Assembly: GCA_963599475.1 (NCBI GenBank)
Contig: CAVBXH010000001.1
Coordinates: forward strand, 4,602-68,601
Length of the DNA: 64,000 nucleotides
Reading direction: 5' to 3'
From: Acutalibacteraceae bacterium
GTDB taxonomy: Bacteria; Bacteroidota; Bacteroidia; Bacteroidales; Bacteroidaceae
Both the position numbers and the translations under genes were made by a program. Shown here piece after piece: positions 39,474 to 49,737 of the stretch (the first letter of the stretch is position 1; each line of letters starts with the position of its first letter). The notes beneath the pieces were generated by a model. That model saw nothing but the letters and a program-made list of their open reading frames with translations. It was not told the DNA's origin and did no database searches.

Positions 39474-40868
39474 ATGTATCAATACACAACAGCAACAAAG
39501 CGCATTCTGGGAGACACGATCACCCCAGTAAGCGTCTATCTGAAGGTGCGCGACCGCTATCCGCAGTCGGCCCTCATGGAAAGTTCCGACTATCATGGAG
39601 GCGAGAACAGCCGTTCCTACATCGCCATCCATCCCATCGCCAGCGTGGCTATTGCACACGGCACGGCGGTATGCACCTATCCCGACGGCAGGAAAACGGA
39701 GCAGGCCATCAGCGGTGAATACACCGTGGACAAAGCCATCAATGCCTTCATCGGCGAGTTTGACATCAAGGGCGAACAGTCTGCGTGCTGCGGCCTCTAT
39801 GGCTATATGTCGTTCAACGCCGTGAGATATTTCGAGCACATCCCGGTCAAGGATGAGAAACAGGCGCGGAACGACGCACCCGACATTCTGTACACCCTCT
39901 ATAAGAATATCATCGTGTTCGACCATTTCCGCAACGAGGTAACACTCATCGAGATGCTCGGTAGCAGAGAGACCAGCCATTTGGAGCAGTTGGAGAAGGA
40001 CATCAACGGCCTTCCGCACCGCACCTACGGTTTCCATCCCGTGGGAGCGGCTGTCAGCACGCTCACCGATGAGGAGCATAAGGAGAATATCCGCCGGGGC
40101 ATACGCCACTGCCAGCGCGGCGACGTGTTTCAAATCGTCCTTTCACGGCGGTTTATACAAAAGTATGAGGGCGACGACTTCAAACTCTACCGGGCCTTGC
40201 GTAGCATCAACCCGTCGCCGTACCTGTTCTATTTCGACTTCGGCGGATTCCGCATCTTCGGCTCGTCGCCCGAGACCCATTGCCGCATAGACGGCACAAG
40301 GGCATACATAGACCCTATTGCCGGCACGACAAAACGCACCGGCGACGCAGCGCAGGACAAGGCGAACGCCCTTTACCTGCGAAACGACCCCAAGGAGAAT
40401 GCCGAACACGTCATGCTCGTGGACCTGGCCCGCAACGACCTCTCGCGCAACTGCCACGACGTGAAGGTGGATTTCTATAAGGACATGCAATACTATTCCC
40501 ATGTGATACACCTCGTCTCGCGCGTCAGTGGGGCACTGGACGAAGGGGCAGACCCCATCAGGACATTCATCGACACCTTCCCTGCCGGCACGCTGTCAGG
40601 AGCTCCAAAGGTACGTGCCATGCAACTGATTTCGGAGTATGAACCGCACAACCGGGGAGCATACGGTGGTTGCATCGGCTTCATCGGCATGGACGGCTCG
40701 CTCAACCAGGCCATCACCATCCGCACGTTCGTCAGTAGGAACGGCGAACTGTGGTTTCAGGCTGGCGGAGGCATTGTCGCAAAGAGCGACGAAGAATATG
40801 AATTGCAGGAAGTAAACAACAAGCTTGGCGCACTGCGCAAGGCGATTAGTATGGCGGAGGAAATGTAA
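39474..40868 (+). CDS. trpE: Anthranilate synthase component I
   Basis: GDVFQIVLS, NPSPY, GSSPE, PIAGT, EHVMLVDLARND, FPAGTLSGAPK motifs. Confidence 0.97.
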   Translation: MYQYTTATKRILGDTITPVSVYLKVRDRYPQSALMESSDYHGGENSRSYIAIHPIASVAIAHGTAVCTYPDGRKTEQAISGEYTVDKAINAFIGEFDIKGEQSACCGLYGYMSFNAVRYFEHIPVKDEKQARNDAPDILYTLYKNIIVFDHFRNEVTLIEMLGSRETSHLEQLEKDINGLPHRTYGFHPVGAAVSTLTDEEHKENIRRGIRHCQRGDVFQIVLSRRFIQKYEGDDFKLYRALRSINPSPYLFYFDFGGFRIFGSSPETHCRIDGTRAYIDPIAGTTKRTGDAAQDKANALYLRNDPKENAEHVMLVDLARNDLSRNCHDVKVDFYKDMQYYSHVIHLVSRVSGALDEGADPIRTFIDTFPAGTLSGAPKVRAMQLISEYEPHNRGAYGGCIGFIGMDGSLNQAITIRTFVSRNGELWFQAGGGIVAKSDEEYELQEVNNKLGALRKAISMAEEM

Positions 40869-40869
40869 G

Positions 40870-41454
40870 ATGAAGCAGTCCATTGTGATTATCGACAACT
40901 ATGACTCGTTTACCTATAATCTGAGTCATCTCGTCAAGGAACTCGGTGCGGATGTGACCGTGGTGCGCAACGACCGTTTTGAATTGGAAGACCTGAAGAA
41001 TTTCGACAAGATTATCCTGTCTCCCGGTCCGGGCATACCATCGGAAGCCGGTCTGCTGACCGATGTCGTGCGGCGTTATGCGGCAGAGAAACCACTACTT
41101 GGTGTGTGTCTTGGCCATCAGGCCATCGGTGAAGTGTTCGGTGGGAAACTCAAAAATCTCGACGAGGTGTTCCATGGCGTGGCAACGGAAGGCATCCATA
41201 CGGACGACCCGCTGTTTGCCGATGTGCCGCAACGGTTCACCATGGGCAGATACCATTCGTGGGTCGTCGACACGGAAAGTCTCCCGGATAGTCTGGAAGT
41301 CATTGCGAAGAGCGACGAAGGACAGATTATGGCACTGCGGCACAAGACGTTCCATGTGCGTGGCATCCAGTTCCACCCAGAAAGTGTACTCACCCCACAA
41401 GGCCACATCATCGTAAGGAATTTTCTGAACCAGTTTCCCAAACCTGCGCGGTAA
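40870..41454 (+). CDS. trpG: Anthranilate synthase component II (glutamine amidotransferase)
   Basis: IDNYDSFTYNL, SPGPG, GVCLGHQ, RYHS, QFHPES motifs. Start MKQSIV. Confidence 0.96.
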   Translation: MKQSIVIIDNYDSFTYNLSHLVKELGADVTVVRNDRFELEDLKNFDKIILSPGPGIPSEAGLLTDVVRRYAAEKPLLGVCLGHQAIGEVFGGKLKNLDEVFHGVATEGIHTDDPLFADVPQRFTMGRYHSWVVDTESLPDSLEVIAKSDEGQIMALRHKTFHVRGIQFHPESVLTPQGHIIVRNFLNQFPKPAR

Positions 41455-41460
41455 GATACG

Positions 41461-41913
41461 CTACCGCCTGTCCCTGAAGAAATCCAGCATGAGCTGGCGG
41501 CACTCCTCCTCGAGGATGCCGCCGGTCACTGCGGTACGGGGATGCAGTACGCGGGGTGCGAAGACCTGGTAGCCGCGCTTCTCGTCGGCTGCGCCATACA
41601 CCACGCGCGCCAGCTGCGACCAGCCTAAGGCACCGGCACACATCGGACAGGGTTCTACCGTGACATAGAGGGTGCAGTCGGTCAGATACTTGCCGCCCAA
41701 CTCGTTGGCGGCAGCCGTGACGGCCTGCATCTCGGCATGCGCTGTCACGTCGTGGAGCGTCTCCGTCAAGTTGTGTGCACGTGCGATGATACGCCCCCCA
41801 CAGACCACCACCGCACCGATGGGCACCTCGCCCACCCTGCCGGCCGCTTCCGCTTCCGCCAATGCCTGCCGCATATAGCGTTCATCGGTTTGCTGCTGGG
41901 TCTCAGGAGACAT
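41461..41913 (-). CDS. tadA: tRNA-specific adenosine deaminase
   Basis: EVPIGAV, HAE, EPCPMCAGA motifs. Confidence 0.9.
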   Translation of the reverse strand: MSPETQQQTDERYMRQALAEAEAAGRVGEVPIGAVVVCGGRIIARAHNLTETLHDVTAHAEMQAVTAAANELGGKYLTDCTLYVTVEPCPMCAGALGWSQLARVVYGAADEKRGYQVFAPRVLHPRTAVTGGILEEECRQLMLDFFRDRR

Positions 41914-41958
41914 CTGGCACTAAGGTTGCTTGCTGAGCTTCGGAAAGACGTGCTTTGT

Positions 41959-42543
41959 TCACTTTGCCACGCGACGAACGCCCATGAAGCGGCGATTGTA
42001 GTAAGTCTCGGTGGAACTGCTGATGGTCACACCCTCTTTGCTGCTGGCGTGGATGAAGGTGAAACTATTGCTGAGGGGGTCGTAGTCCACAACGATGCCC
42101 ACATGACCCACCCGACGGCTGCCGGCCCCGGGACTGGAGAAGAAGACGAGGTCACCACGCTGCATCTCCCAACGCTTGATGGGGATGTTGCGTGCGTACT
42201 GGTCGCGCGAGGAATTGCCGATGCTGATGTTGCTCTTGCCAAACACGTAGCTGGTAAAGCCCGAACAGTCGAAGGCGTTCGGTCCCTTGCTGCCGCTACG
42301 GTAGCGCTTACCTATCAGCGAGGTAGCCTGGTTCATAATATCGTTGGAGAGGGCGAAACTGGTGGCGGTGCTGTCGTTGGTCGCATACAGGAAATCGAAA
42401 TTGTCAATCTCCTCGTAGGCTGCCGCCTCCGCCATCTCTGTGCGGTTCACCTTCTGGGTCTTCTTCCTCTTACCCTTGGCCCATGCGACATCCACCGAGG
42501 ACAGCAACACGAGCAATGCGCAAAGTATGACTTTCCGTTTCAT
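41959..42543 (-). CDS. NlpC/P60 (C40) peptidoglycan peptidase
   Basis: FDCSGFTSYVF, GDLVFF, HVGI, FIHAS; signal peptide. Confidence 0.93.
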   Translation of the reverse strand: MKRKVILCALLVLLSSVDVAWAKGKRKKTQKVNRTEMAEAAAYEEIDNFDFLYATNDSTATSFALSNDIMNQATSLIGKRYRSGSKGPNAFDCSGFTSYVFGKSNISIGNSSRDQYARNIPIKRWEMQRGDLVFFSSPGAGSRRVGHVGIVVDYDPLSNSFTFIHASSKEGVTISSSTETYYNRRFMGVRRVAK

Positions 42544-42571
42544 TCGCTGTTTTCCCTATATCCCAGTAGAT

Positions 42572-43510
42572 TTAGTCGTATTTCAAGATTTGACCCGGCC
42601 GTATCTTCGTCCGCTCCGTGATGTGGTTCAGCCTGCAGATGGCACTCACAGAGGTGCCACGCTTGCGTGCAATGGAATAGAGCGACTCACCCCTGGCCAC
42701 CTTGTGGAAGCGCGTGGTCGAACTGCTTGCCTTGGCCTTGTTGCTATGCTCAACCACATCCATGTCATCATCGTCCACCGCGCTGTTGCCAGCTACACCA
42801 CGCAGGCGGTTGGCCTCGGCAGACTCGCGCTCATAAGTGCCCTTGCGGAACATATAATAGTCGTCCACCACATCCTGGTTTCTGAAATCGAACATCAGTG
42901 CCGGGTTCAGTGCGACACCGCACAGGCGTGTCTCAAAGTGGAGGTGCGACCCAGTGCTGCGTCCAGTGTTGCCACCGAGACCGATGGGGTCTCCTGCGCG
43001 TACATCTTGATTTTCTTCCACCAAATGTTTCGACATATGGCCGTAGATGGTTTCCAAACCGTTGTCGTGGCGGATGACCACATACTTGCCGTAGCCGCGC
43101 CTTTCATAGCTCACGATGCGCACCTTGCCGCTGAAGGCCGAACGGATGGTGTCGCCAATGTACACCTTGATGTCCAGTCCCTTGTGTTGGCGTCCCCACC
43201 GTGCACCAAAGTTGCTGGTGATAACGCGGTTGGTGGTAGGCATACAGAAATGGCGTAGACTGATGCGGAGGGAGTCCGGCAGGTCGGTAGCCCGGTGGGC
43301 ATAACGGTTGTTCCAGTCCTCGTAAAGGTCGGCGGCTGGTGTATCATAACCCTCGGCCTCGATCAACTGGCGGAGTGCCATGCTGTCAACAGCCTTCATC
43401 TTGCGGTCTATGGGAGCCTGACGTGCCAACAAGTCCTGTCCCATCATCGGGAGGGCGCATGCCGTAGCTATGGTCAGAATTGCTATTTTCTTCAGATTCT
43501 TAAGAAACAT
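42572..43510 (-). CDS. M23 family peptidase with C-terminal LysM
   Basis: HKGLD, YGH, STGSHLHFE; HKVARGESLYSIA...GQIL LysM domain. Confidence 0.94.
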   Translation of the reverse strand: MFLKNLKKIAILTIATACALPMMGQDLLARQAPIDRKMKAVDSMALRQLIEAEGYDTPAADLYEDWNNRYAHRATDLPDSLRISLRHFCMPTTNRVITSNFGARWGRQHKGLDIKVYIGDTIRSAFSGKVRIVSYERRGYGKYVVIRHDNGLETIYGHMSKHLVEENQDVRAGDPIGLGGNTGRSTGSHLHFETRLCGVALNPALMFDFRNQDVVDDYYMFRKGTYERESAEANRLRGVAGNSAVDDDDMDVVEHSNKAKASSSTTRFHKVARGESLYSIARKRGTSVSAICRLNHITERTKIRPGQILKYD

Positions 43511-43775
43511 AACGTTCTATTCGGTTCATACTCTCGTTCCGTCCAAAAACAAACAGAACGCTGCAAAGGTACGAAATAATTTCCGAACAGAAAAGGCCAT
43601 TAACACTCTTTGTGCCTTATTTAACACTTTTCGCGGTCTATTTGTTTTTTTTAGTGCTTTTTCGTAACCTTAGAGGAAATCACTCACCCACACGATTCAA
43701 CATCGAGCCAGATTATGTAAGTTTCACTCGGAGCACCCAAGGGGTACCCTCGTATCAGTCGGCGCTTTCCCAAGG

Positions 43776-43890
43776 ACTTGTCCCAACAGAGGTTCGATAC
43801 ATGCACAATAGATGTGCGATAGTTGTCCAGTCGTCATCGAACAAATATCGAACAAATAGCGGACAAGTATCGAACAAGTACTGGACAACG
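43776..43890. repeat. Inverted pair of 11-bp tandem arrays (consensus ATCGAACAAGT)
   Basis: Five forward units at 43836-43890; degenerate reverse-complement units with the same period at about 43776-43831. Confidence 0.7.
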
Positions 43891-44077
43891 GTGGGTGCTG
43901 CTCGCTGGGAACAGCGATGCTAATAGCTGCCTACAGTATGGCACTGAGTACGTAAAAGTTGGATATGACAGGACAAAACGGGATATGACTTTTCCTGATT
44001 TCACTAGACACTTTTTCTCTTTATTAGCTGAAACAGTAGACACTTCATGTGGAGGCGGACTGAATCCATAGACAGGC

Positions 44078-45352
44078 TTAGTCCTTTAGGCAAGTTACGG
44101 GGACAACCCACACACCGTCTTCCCGTTGGTAGGCGTATGCGCCGATGCCCACAAGTACCATCATGAATGATGGTGCCTTCATTCTGGTGGTGTCTATCTT
44201 GGAGGCGAGCTCCTTGAGCGAAGAAGCGCCTTCTTCAATCCAATTATCTCCACCCAGTTTGATTTCCACAAGTCCGTAATCTCCGTTGCGGAGGTGTACT
44301 ACGGCATCACATTCCAGACCGTTTTTGTCACGGTAGTGGTATACTGTTCCTCCGAGTGCATCCGCATAAACACGCAAGTCTCTTACGCACAAGGTCTCAA
44401 ACAACAAGCCGAAAGTCTCCAGGTCGTTAACAAGTCCCTTTGGGCCAACGCCTAAGGCGGCCACAGCGATGGACGGGTCAACAAAATATCGGGTAAAGGC
44501 TGTCCGAATGGCTGTTTTTGATCGCAGATTCGGATTCCATGCAGGCATATCCTCTATGACGAAGATTTTCTCCAATGCCTTGATGTATGAGCCTATCGTA
44601 TCGTCGTCCACACGCATGGCATCATTGGCCTTTACATCCTCCTTTATCTTGCTGATGGAAGTCTGCGAACCTTGGAAACGGGCATACGAGCGCATCAGCC
44701 GTTTGGTGCGTTCGGCATCTCTGGAAATGTCGTCAACCCTGGATATGTCGGTGTTTACAACGGCATCATAGTAGTCAAAGGCACGTTCCAAGGCAATATT
44801 TTTGTTTTGCTGTGTTGCCTTAGGCCATCCCCCTCTACATACGAGATAGGCAAGGTCGTCAATGCTTTTTTCTTCGCACAGGGTCACCGATGCCTTCCCT
44901 GCAAACAGGTCGTTGAGACTGACAGTGCCCTGCGAATCGCCCGACTCCCAAAGGCTCATCGGGCGCATCTTGATTCTGGCAAAGCGTCCCGTTCCACTAT
45001 GCCATATCTCGTCCGTCCTGGTGGGTACGGCAGAACCCGTCAGGATAAACTGTCCCTCGTCATCCCGATGGTCTACTTCAAACCTGATGGTGTCCCAAAG
45101 ACTGGGAGTCAACTGCCATTCGTCTATGAGCCTCGGAGTGTCTCCTTCCAACAGGCTCTGCGGACTCATCTTGGCCAGTTGCATATACATACCACTCTTC
45201 TTGGGGTCGTTCATGTAGACGATGCTCTTGGCTTTCATCTCTGCAGTTGTCGTTTTTCCGCACCATTTTGGTCCCTCTATGAGCACAGCTCCAATGCCCT
45301 TCAACTTCCTTTCGAGGATGTAGTCAACGATCCTTTTTCTGTATTGCTTCAT
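44078..45352 (-). CDS. AAA_14-type ATPase with DUF4143 and C-terminal nuclease-like motif
   Basis: GPKWCGKTT Walker A, IDEWQ Walker B, ILTGS, DPSIA, GLLFE, YHYRD..ECD..EIK. Own promoter (-7 at 45374-45381, -33 at 45402-45405). AT-richer than neighbours. Confidence 0.9.
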   Translation of the reverse strand: MKQYRKRIVDYILERKLKGIGAVLIEGPKWCGKTTTAEMKAKSIVYMNDPKKSGMYMQLAKMSPQSLLEGDTPRLIDEWQLTPSLWDTIRFEVDHRDDEGQFILTGSAVPTRTDEIWHSGTGRFARIKMRPMSLWESGDSQGTVSLNDLFAGKASVTLCEEKSIDDLAYLVCRGGWPKATQQNKNIALERAFDYYDAVVNTDISRVDDISRDAERTKRLMRSYARFQGSQTSISKIKEDVKANDAMRVDDDTIGSYIKALEKIFVIEDMPAWNPNLRSKTAIRTAFTRYFVDPSIAVAALGVGPKGLVNDLETFGLLFETLCVRDLRVYADALGGTVYHYRDKNGLECDAVVHLRNGDYGLVEIKLGGDNWIEEGASSLKELASKIDTTRMKAPSFMMVLVGIGAYAYQREDGVWVVPVTCLKD

Positions 45353-45430
45353 ACCCTTTTCTTGTTTTGACGGCAAAAGTAATACAAATATCTGAAACTC
45401 ACAAACTTTTTAATGCCTTTTAACGCACAA

Positions 45431-45537
45431 TTCGGTAATTTGGCCGAGTTTCATTCGGTAATTTGGCCGAGTTTCGTTCGGTAATTTGGCCGAGTTTCGT
45501 TCGGTAATTTGGCCGTATTTCGTTCGGCAATTTGGCC
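45431..45537. repeat. 23-bp tandem repeat, about 4.7 copies (TTCGGTAATTTGGCCGAGTTTCG)
   Basis: Units start at 45431, 45454, 45477, 45500 and 45523 with no spacers. Confidence 0.95.
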
Positions 45538-45546
45538 ATCCGGTGA

Positions 45547-47646
45547 CTATGAGATGGAAGACCAGTTGATGTTGGTCTTCCGCAACTGGAGGAGGCGTTC
45601 CCAGAGTAGGCGGTAGCGTTCCGACTGGCACTGCGGGTCGCTGTCGATGATGCGCTGTGCTTCGTCGCGCGCCAGCTGCACCAGTTGCCCGTCTCGTGCG
45701 ATGTCTGCGATCTTTAGGTCGAAGGCCATGCCACTCTGTTGCGTGCCCTCCAGGTCGCCCGGGCCGCGCAGTTTCAGGTCAGCCTCAGCAATGCGGAATC
45801 CGTCGTTCGTCTCGCACATGATGTCGATGCGCTTGCGCGTCTCCTCGCCCAGCTTCAGTCCCGTCACGAGGATGCAGTAGCTCTGCTTGGCGCCGCGCCC
45901 CACGCGGCCACGCAACTGGTGCAGCTGGCTGAGTCCGAAGCGCTGGGCCTCCATGATGACCATAACAGAGGCGTTGGGCACGTTGACGCCCACCTCGATG
46001 ACGGTGGTGGCCACGAGCATCTGCGTCTCGCCGCGCGCAAAGCGCTGCATCTCCTCGTCCTTGTCCTTCGCCTTCATCCGGCCGTGCACCTTGCTCAACC
46101 GGTACTCGGGGAAGACGCGGCACAGCGTCTCGTAGCCGTCTTCGAGGTTTTTCAGGTCGATGCGCTCACTTTCCTCAATCAGCGGGAACACCACATAGAC
46201 CTGCCGTCCCTGCTGCATCTGCTTGCGCAGGCCATCGTAGAGCGAGGGGATACGGCTGTCGAAGGCATGGGTGGTGACCACAGGCTTGCGTCCGGGCGGC
46301 AGCTCGTCGATGACGCTGACGTCGAGGTCGCCGTAAAGGGTCATGGCGAGGGTGCGCGGAATGGGCGTGGCCGTCATCACCAACACGTGGGGCGGATTGG
46401 CACTCTTGTTCCAGAGCTTGGCGCGCTGCGCCACGCCGAAGCGATGCTGCTCGTCGACCACCACCAGTCCCAGCCGCGCAAACTGCACCGTGTCCTCGAT
46501 GACGGCGTGGGTGCCTACGAGAATCTGCACCGTGCCGTCAGCCAAGGCTTCGAGCACTTCGGTGCGCCGCTTGCCGCGCACGATGCCCGTGAGCAGCTCG
46601 ACGCGGATGTCCATGCCGTCCAGGAAGTCGCGGATGGTACGCAGGTGTTGCTCGGCCAAAATCTCCGTGGGAGCCATGATACAGGCCTGATAGCCGTTGT
46701 CCAGTGCCATCAACATGGCCATCAGTGCCACCAGCGTCTTTCCCGACCCGACATCGCCCTGCAGTAAGCGGTTCATCTGTCGGCCAGAGGCCGTGTCCTT
46801 GCGGATTTCGCGGAGCACACGCTTCTGTGCCTCGGTGAGCTGGAAGGGCAGGTGGTGATGGAAGAAGTCGTTAAAGCACGCCCCTATCTGCGAGAACACA
46901 TAGCCCCGGTATTTGCGGCGGCGGTCGCTGGCGTACCTCAGAATGTTCAGCTGCACATAGAATAACTCCTCGAACTTCAGACGCATCCGTGCGCGCTCCA
47001 GTTCCTTGGCGTTGTGCGGATAGTGGATGTGGCGCAGGGCTTCGTCGCGACTGACCAAGTGAAGTGGCCCGGTGATAAAGTCGGGTAAGGTCTCCGAAAC
47101 GGGCTGTTTGAGCGTCTCCAACAGGGTCTTTGTCAACCGGTCAATGGCACGCGAGTTGAGTCCGCGCTTCTTCATCTTCTCCGTGGTGGAGTAGTAGGGC
47201 TGCATGCCCATGTCCGAGAGGCGGATGCTCTCCGCCGCGTCGATGTCGGGATGAACCACCTGGACGCGTCCGTTGTAGACAGTGGGCCGCCCAAACACGA
47301 TGTAGAGCTGGCCTACCGTATAGCGTTTGAGCACCTCTCTTGCCCCATTGAACCACGTCAGGTCCATCACCCCCGTGCCGTCGGAGAAGTGGGCGACTAC
47401 GCGCATCTTTCGATGACCCATGTCGAACGTCTCGAAGCTAAGGATGCGTCCGCGCACCTGGATGAACGGCATGTCGCCCGTCAGCTCGTGGACGGTGTAG
47501 ATGCGGCTGCGGTCGATGTGCTTATAGGGATAATACTGCAACAGATCACCGAAGGTGTTGATGCCCAGTTCGTCGCTGAGCAGTTTCCGGCGGTTGGGCC
47601 CGACACCGGGCAGATACTGGATGTCCTGTTGCAGTAGGTCTATCAT
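45547..47646 (-). CDS. recG: ATP-dependent DNA helicase RecG
   Basis: [53 protein letters not shown] motifs. Confidence 0.98.
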   Translation of the reverse strand: MIDLLQQDIQYLPGVGPNRRKLLSDELGINTFGDLLQYYPYKHIDRSRIYTVHELTGDMPFIQVRGRILSFETFDMGHRKMRVVAHFSDGTGVMDLTWFNGAREVLKRYTVGQLYIVFGRPTVYNGRVQVVHPDIDAAESIRLSDMGMQPYYSTTEKMKKRGLNSRAIDRLTKTLLETLKQPVSETLPDFITGPLHLVSRDEALRHIHYPHNAKELERARMRLKFEELFYVQLNILRYASDRRRKYRGYVFSQIGACFNDFFHHHLPFQLTEAQKRVLREIRKDTASGRQMNRLLQGDVGSGKTLVALMAMLMALDNGYQACIMAPTEILAEQHLRTIRDFLDGMDIRVELLTGIVRGKRRTEVLEALADGTVQILVGTHAVIEDTVQFARLGLVVVDEQHRFGVAQRAKLWNKSANPPHVLVMTATPIPRTLAMTLYGDLDVSVIDELPPGRKPVVTTHAFDSRIPSLYDGLRKQMQQGRQVYVVFPLIEESERIDLKNLEDGYETLCRVFPEYRLSKVHGRMKAKDKDEEMQRFARGETQMLVATTVIEVGVNVPNASVMVIMEAQRFGLSQLHQLRGRVGRGAKQSYCILVTGLKLGEETRKRIDIMCETNDGFRIAEADLKLRGPGDLEGTQQSGMAFDLKIADIARDGQLVQLARDEAQRIIDSDPQCQSERYRLLWERLLQLRKTNINWSSIS

Positions 47647-48302
47647 CGGCAGAGCGTTTCGGCAATAGTCAGGTCGAACGGCGTGGTAATCTTGATGTTC
47701 TCGCGGTTGCCCTCCACCATCGTGATGCGGTGGCCATACGCTTCCACCACGGAAGCGTCGTCGGTGAAGTCGGGCGTATAAGGCTGGCGGTTGGCCGCCT
47801 TCAGCAGTTGGATGTCGAAGGTCTGCGGTGTCTGCACCAGACGGTAGTCGCCGCGCGGCTTCGTGCCCTCGCTGACGTGGCGCAACGTCTCCACCACGGG
47901 AACGACGGGAATCACGGCCTTGGCGATGCGCGCCGTCTCATAGCAGCGGCGGATGACCTCTACGGAAGGGAACGGGCGCACCCCATCGTGCACCCCCACC
48001 ACGCCCTCGGCATCGTCGGGAATGAGCGACAGACCGTGCTGGACGCTGTGGAAGCGCGTCTCGCCGCCGTCGGCCAGCAGGTAAGGTTCGCGGAACTGGT
48101 GCACCTCGCACAACTCGTGCCAGAACGGCTGTTGGTCTTTCGGCAGCACGAGGATGATGCGGAGCGTCTCCAGCGCACTGCGGAAACGCTCGATGGTGCG
48201 CATCAGTATGGGGCGACCCGCCACGGACAGAAACTGCTTGGGCACGTCGCCGCCCATGCGCAGCCCCTTGCCGCCCGCCACGATGATGATGTAGTCCGTC
48301 AT
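47643..48302 (-). CDS. ispD: 2-C-methyl-D-erythritol 4-phosphate cytidylyltransferase
   Basis: [32 protein letters not shown] motifs. Confidence 0.95.
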   Translation of the reverse strand: MTDYIIIVAGGKGLRMGGDVPKQFLSVAGRPILMRTIERFRSALETLRIILVLPKDQQPFWHELCEVHQFREPYLLADGGETRFHSVQHGLSLIPDDAEGVVGVHDGVRPFPSVEVIRRCYETARIAKAVIPVVPVVETLRHVSEGTKPRGDYRLVQTPQTFDIQLLKAANRQPYTPDFTDDASVVEAYGHRITMVEGNRENIKITTPFDLTIAETLCR

Positions 48303-48862
48303 CCGAGGAGGTGTATGTAGCGCATACCCTCGGCAATGGTGTCGGCCACGTCGCGGCTCTGCAGCTGTGCGAGCAGCCGATAGCCCAACGGGAAGGCAGC
48401 AGCAGGGCCTTCTCCCGTGGTGATGTTGCCGTCCGTGGTCACGAGGTCGCCGGTGTAGTGTGCGCGGGGCATCTGGTTCTCGAAGCCCGGATAGCAGGTG
48501 GCGTTCTTGTCGTCGAGCAGTCCGAGGGGCGCGAGCACGACAGCGGGTGCGGCACAGATGGCGGCCACCGTCTTGTCCGCCTCAGCCTGCCGACGCAGCA
48601 GGTCGCAGAGCGGCTTGTGGGCGTAGAGGTTAGTAGCTCCCGGCATTCCACCCGGCAGGAACAGCAGGTCTGCATCGGCGAAGTCGCAGTCGTCGAAGCA
48701 GGCGTCCGCGCCGATGGTTACGCCGTGGGCGGAGGTCACCGTGGGTTCTCCCGTGACGCTGACGAGGGTCACGTTAACGCCGCCGCGCCGCCAGATGTCA
48801 ACGGGGATGAGGGCTTCAATGTCTTCGAAGCCTGTTGCAAGAAATACGTATGCTTTTGCCAT
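48299..48862 (-). CDS. DJ-1/PfpI (ThiJ/YajL) family protein
   Basis: GFEDIE, LPGG, AICAAP, ATCYPG motifs. Start could be 48862 or 48868. Confidence 0.9.
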   Translation of the reverse strand: MAKAYVFLATGFEDIEALIPVDIWRRGGVNVTLVSVTGEPTVTSAHGVTIGADACFDDCDFADADLLFLPGGMPGATNLYAHKPLCDLLRRQAEADKTVAAICAAPAVVLAPLGLLDDKNATCYPGFENQMPRAHYTGDLVTTDGNITTGEGPAAAFPLGYRLLAQLQSRDVADTIAEGMRYIHLLG

Positions 48863-48899
48863 AGTCATATAGGTTTTATGGGTTGTGGTTCTTGAAGGT

Positions 48900-49613
48900 T
48901 CAGCGCAGGGCTTCCAAATAGCTCTGGACAGTGGGGCGCAGTCCCATGTAGAGTGCGTCGCAGATGAGAGCATGACCGATGCTCACCTCGTCAGTCCAGG
49001 GAATCCGTGTGTGGAAGTAGTGGAGGTTGTCGAGCGAGAGGTCGTGGCCGGCATTGAGTCCCAGTCCCACGCCCCTTGCTTCCTCGGCGGCGGCGACGAA
49101 GGGCGCAATGGCCGCTTCGCGGTTGGCCGCATAGCCCGAGGCGTAAGGCTCTGTATAGAGTTCCACGCGGTCAGCGCCGCAAGCCTTTGCGCCCTCCACC
49201 ATCTTCGGGTCAGCATCAACAAAGATGCTGGTGCGGATGCCCGCCTGCCGGAAGGCGCGGCAGATGTCGGTCAGGAAGGCACGGTTCGCCAGCGTGTCCC
49301 AGCCGTGGTTGGAGGTCAGCTGGTCGTGGCCGTCGGGCACGAGTGTCACTTGGTTGGGCACAACCTCCAGCACCAGTTGCACGAACGAGTCGATGGGGTT
49401 TCCTTCGATGTTGAACTCCGTGGTGACGATGGGGCGCAGGTCGCGCACGTCCTGATAGCGGATGTGTCGCTCGTCGGGGCGCGGATGGACAGTAATGCCC
49501 TCACCGCCAAACATTTCGATGTTGCGCGCAGCCTCAATAATGTCGGGATTGTTGCCGCCCCGGGCATTGCGCAGCGTGGCCACCTTGTTGATGTTTACAC
49601 TCAGTTTTGTCAT
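48900..49613 (-). CDS. pdxJ: Pyridoxine 5'-phosphate synthase
   Basis: LSVNINKVATLRNARG, ITVHPRPDERHI, NIEG, NAGHDL, SIGHA motifs. Confidence 0.96.
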   Translation of the reverse strand: MTKLSVNINKVATLRNARGGNNPDIIEAARNIEMFGGEGITVHPRPDERHIRYQDVRDLRPIVTTEFNIEGNPIDSFVQLVLEVVPNQVTLVPDGHDQLTSNHGWDTLANRAFLTDICRAFRQAGIRTSIFVDADPKMVEGAKACGADRVELYTEPYASGYAANREAAIAPFVAAAEEARGVGLGLNAGHDLSLDNLHYFHTRIPWTDEVSIGHALICDALYMGLRPTVQSYLEALR

Positions 49614-49737
49614 CTTCTTATGAATTTTGTCTTTCAAAATGGTGTCGTTTCACGAAAAAACACTAATTTTGCGGTGCATTTCCAGCGCAAAGGTAGCAAA
49701 ACTTTGTGAATTAACGCCTAATAATGGAGAAATTTTT

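Noticed and set aside
43612..44071. Short ORFs in the M23-ATPase gap, and the 73-aa ORF at 45410-45631
   Set aside because: They translate the repeat arrays, whose periods (11 and 23) are not multiples of three, and show no protein-like features.
45431..45537. Possible CRISPR array
   Set aside because: The units are contiguous with no unique spacers, and there are no cas genes in the window.
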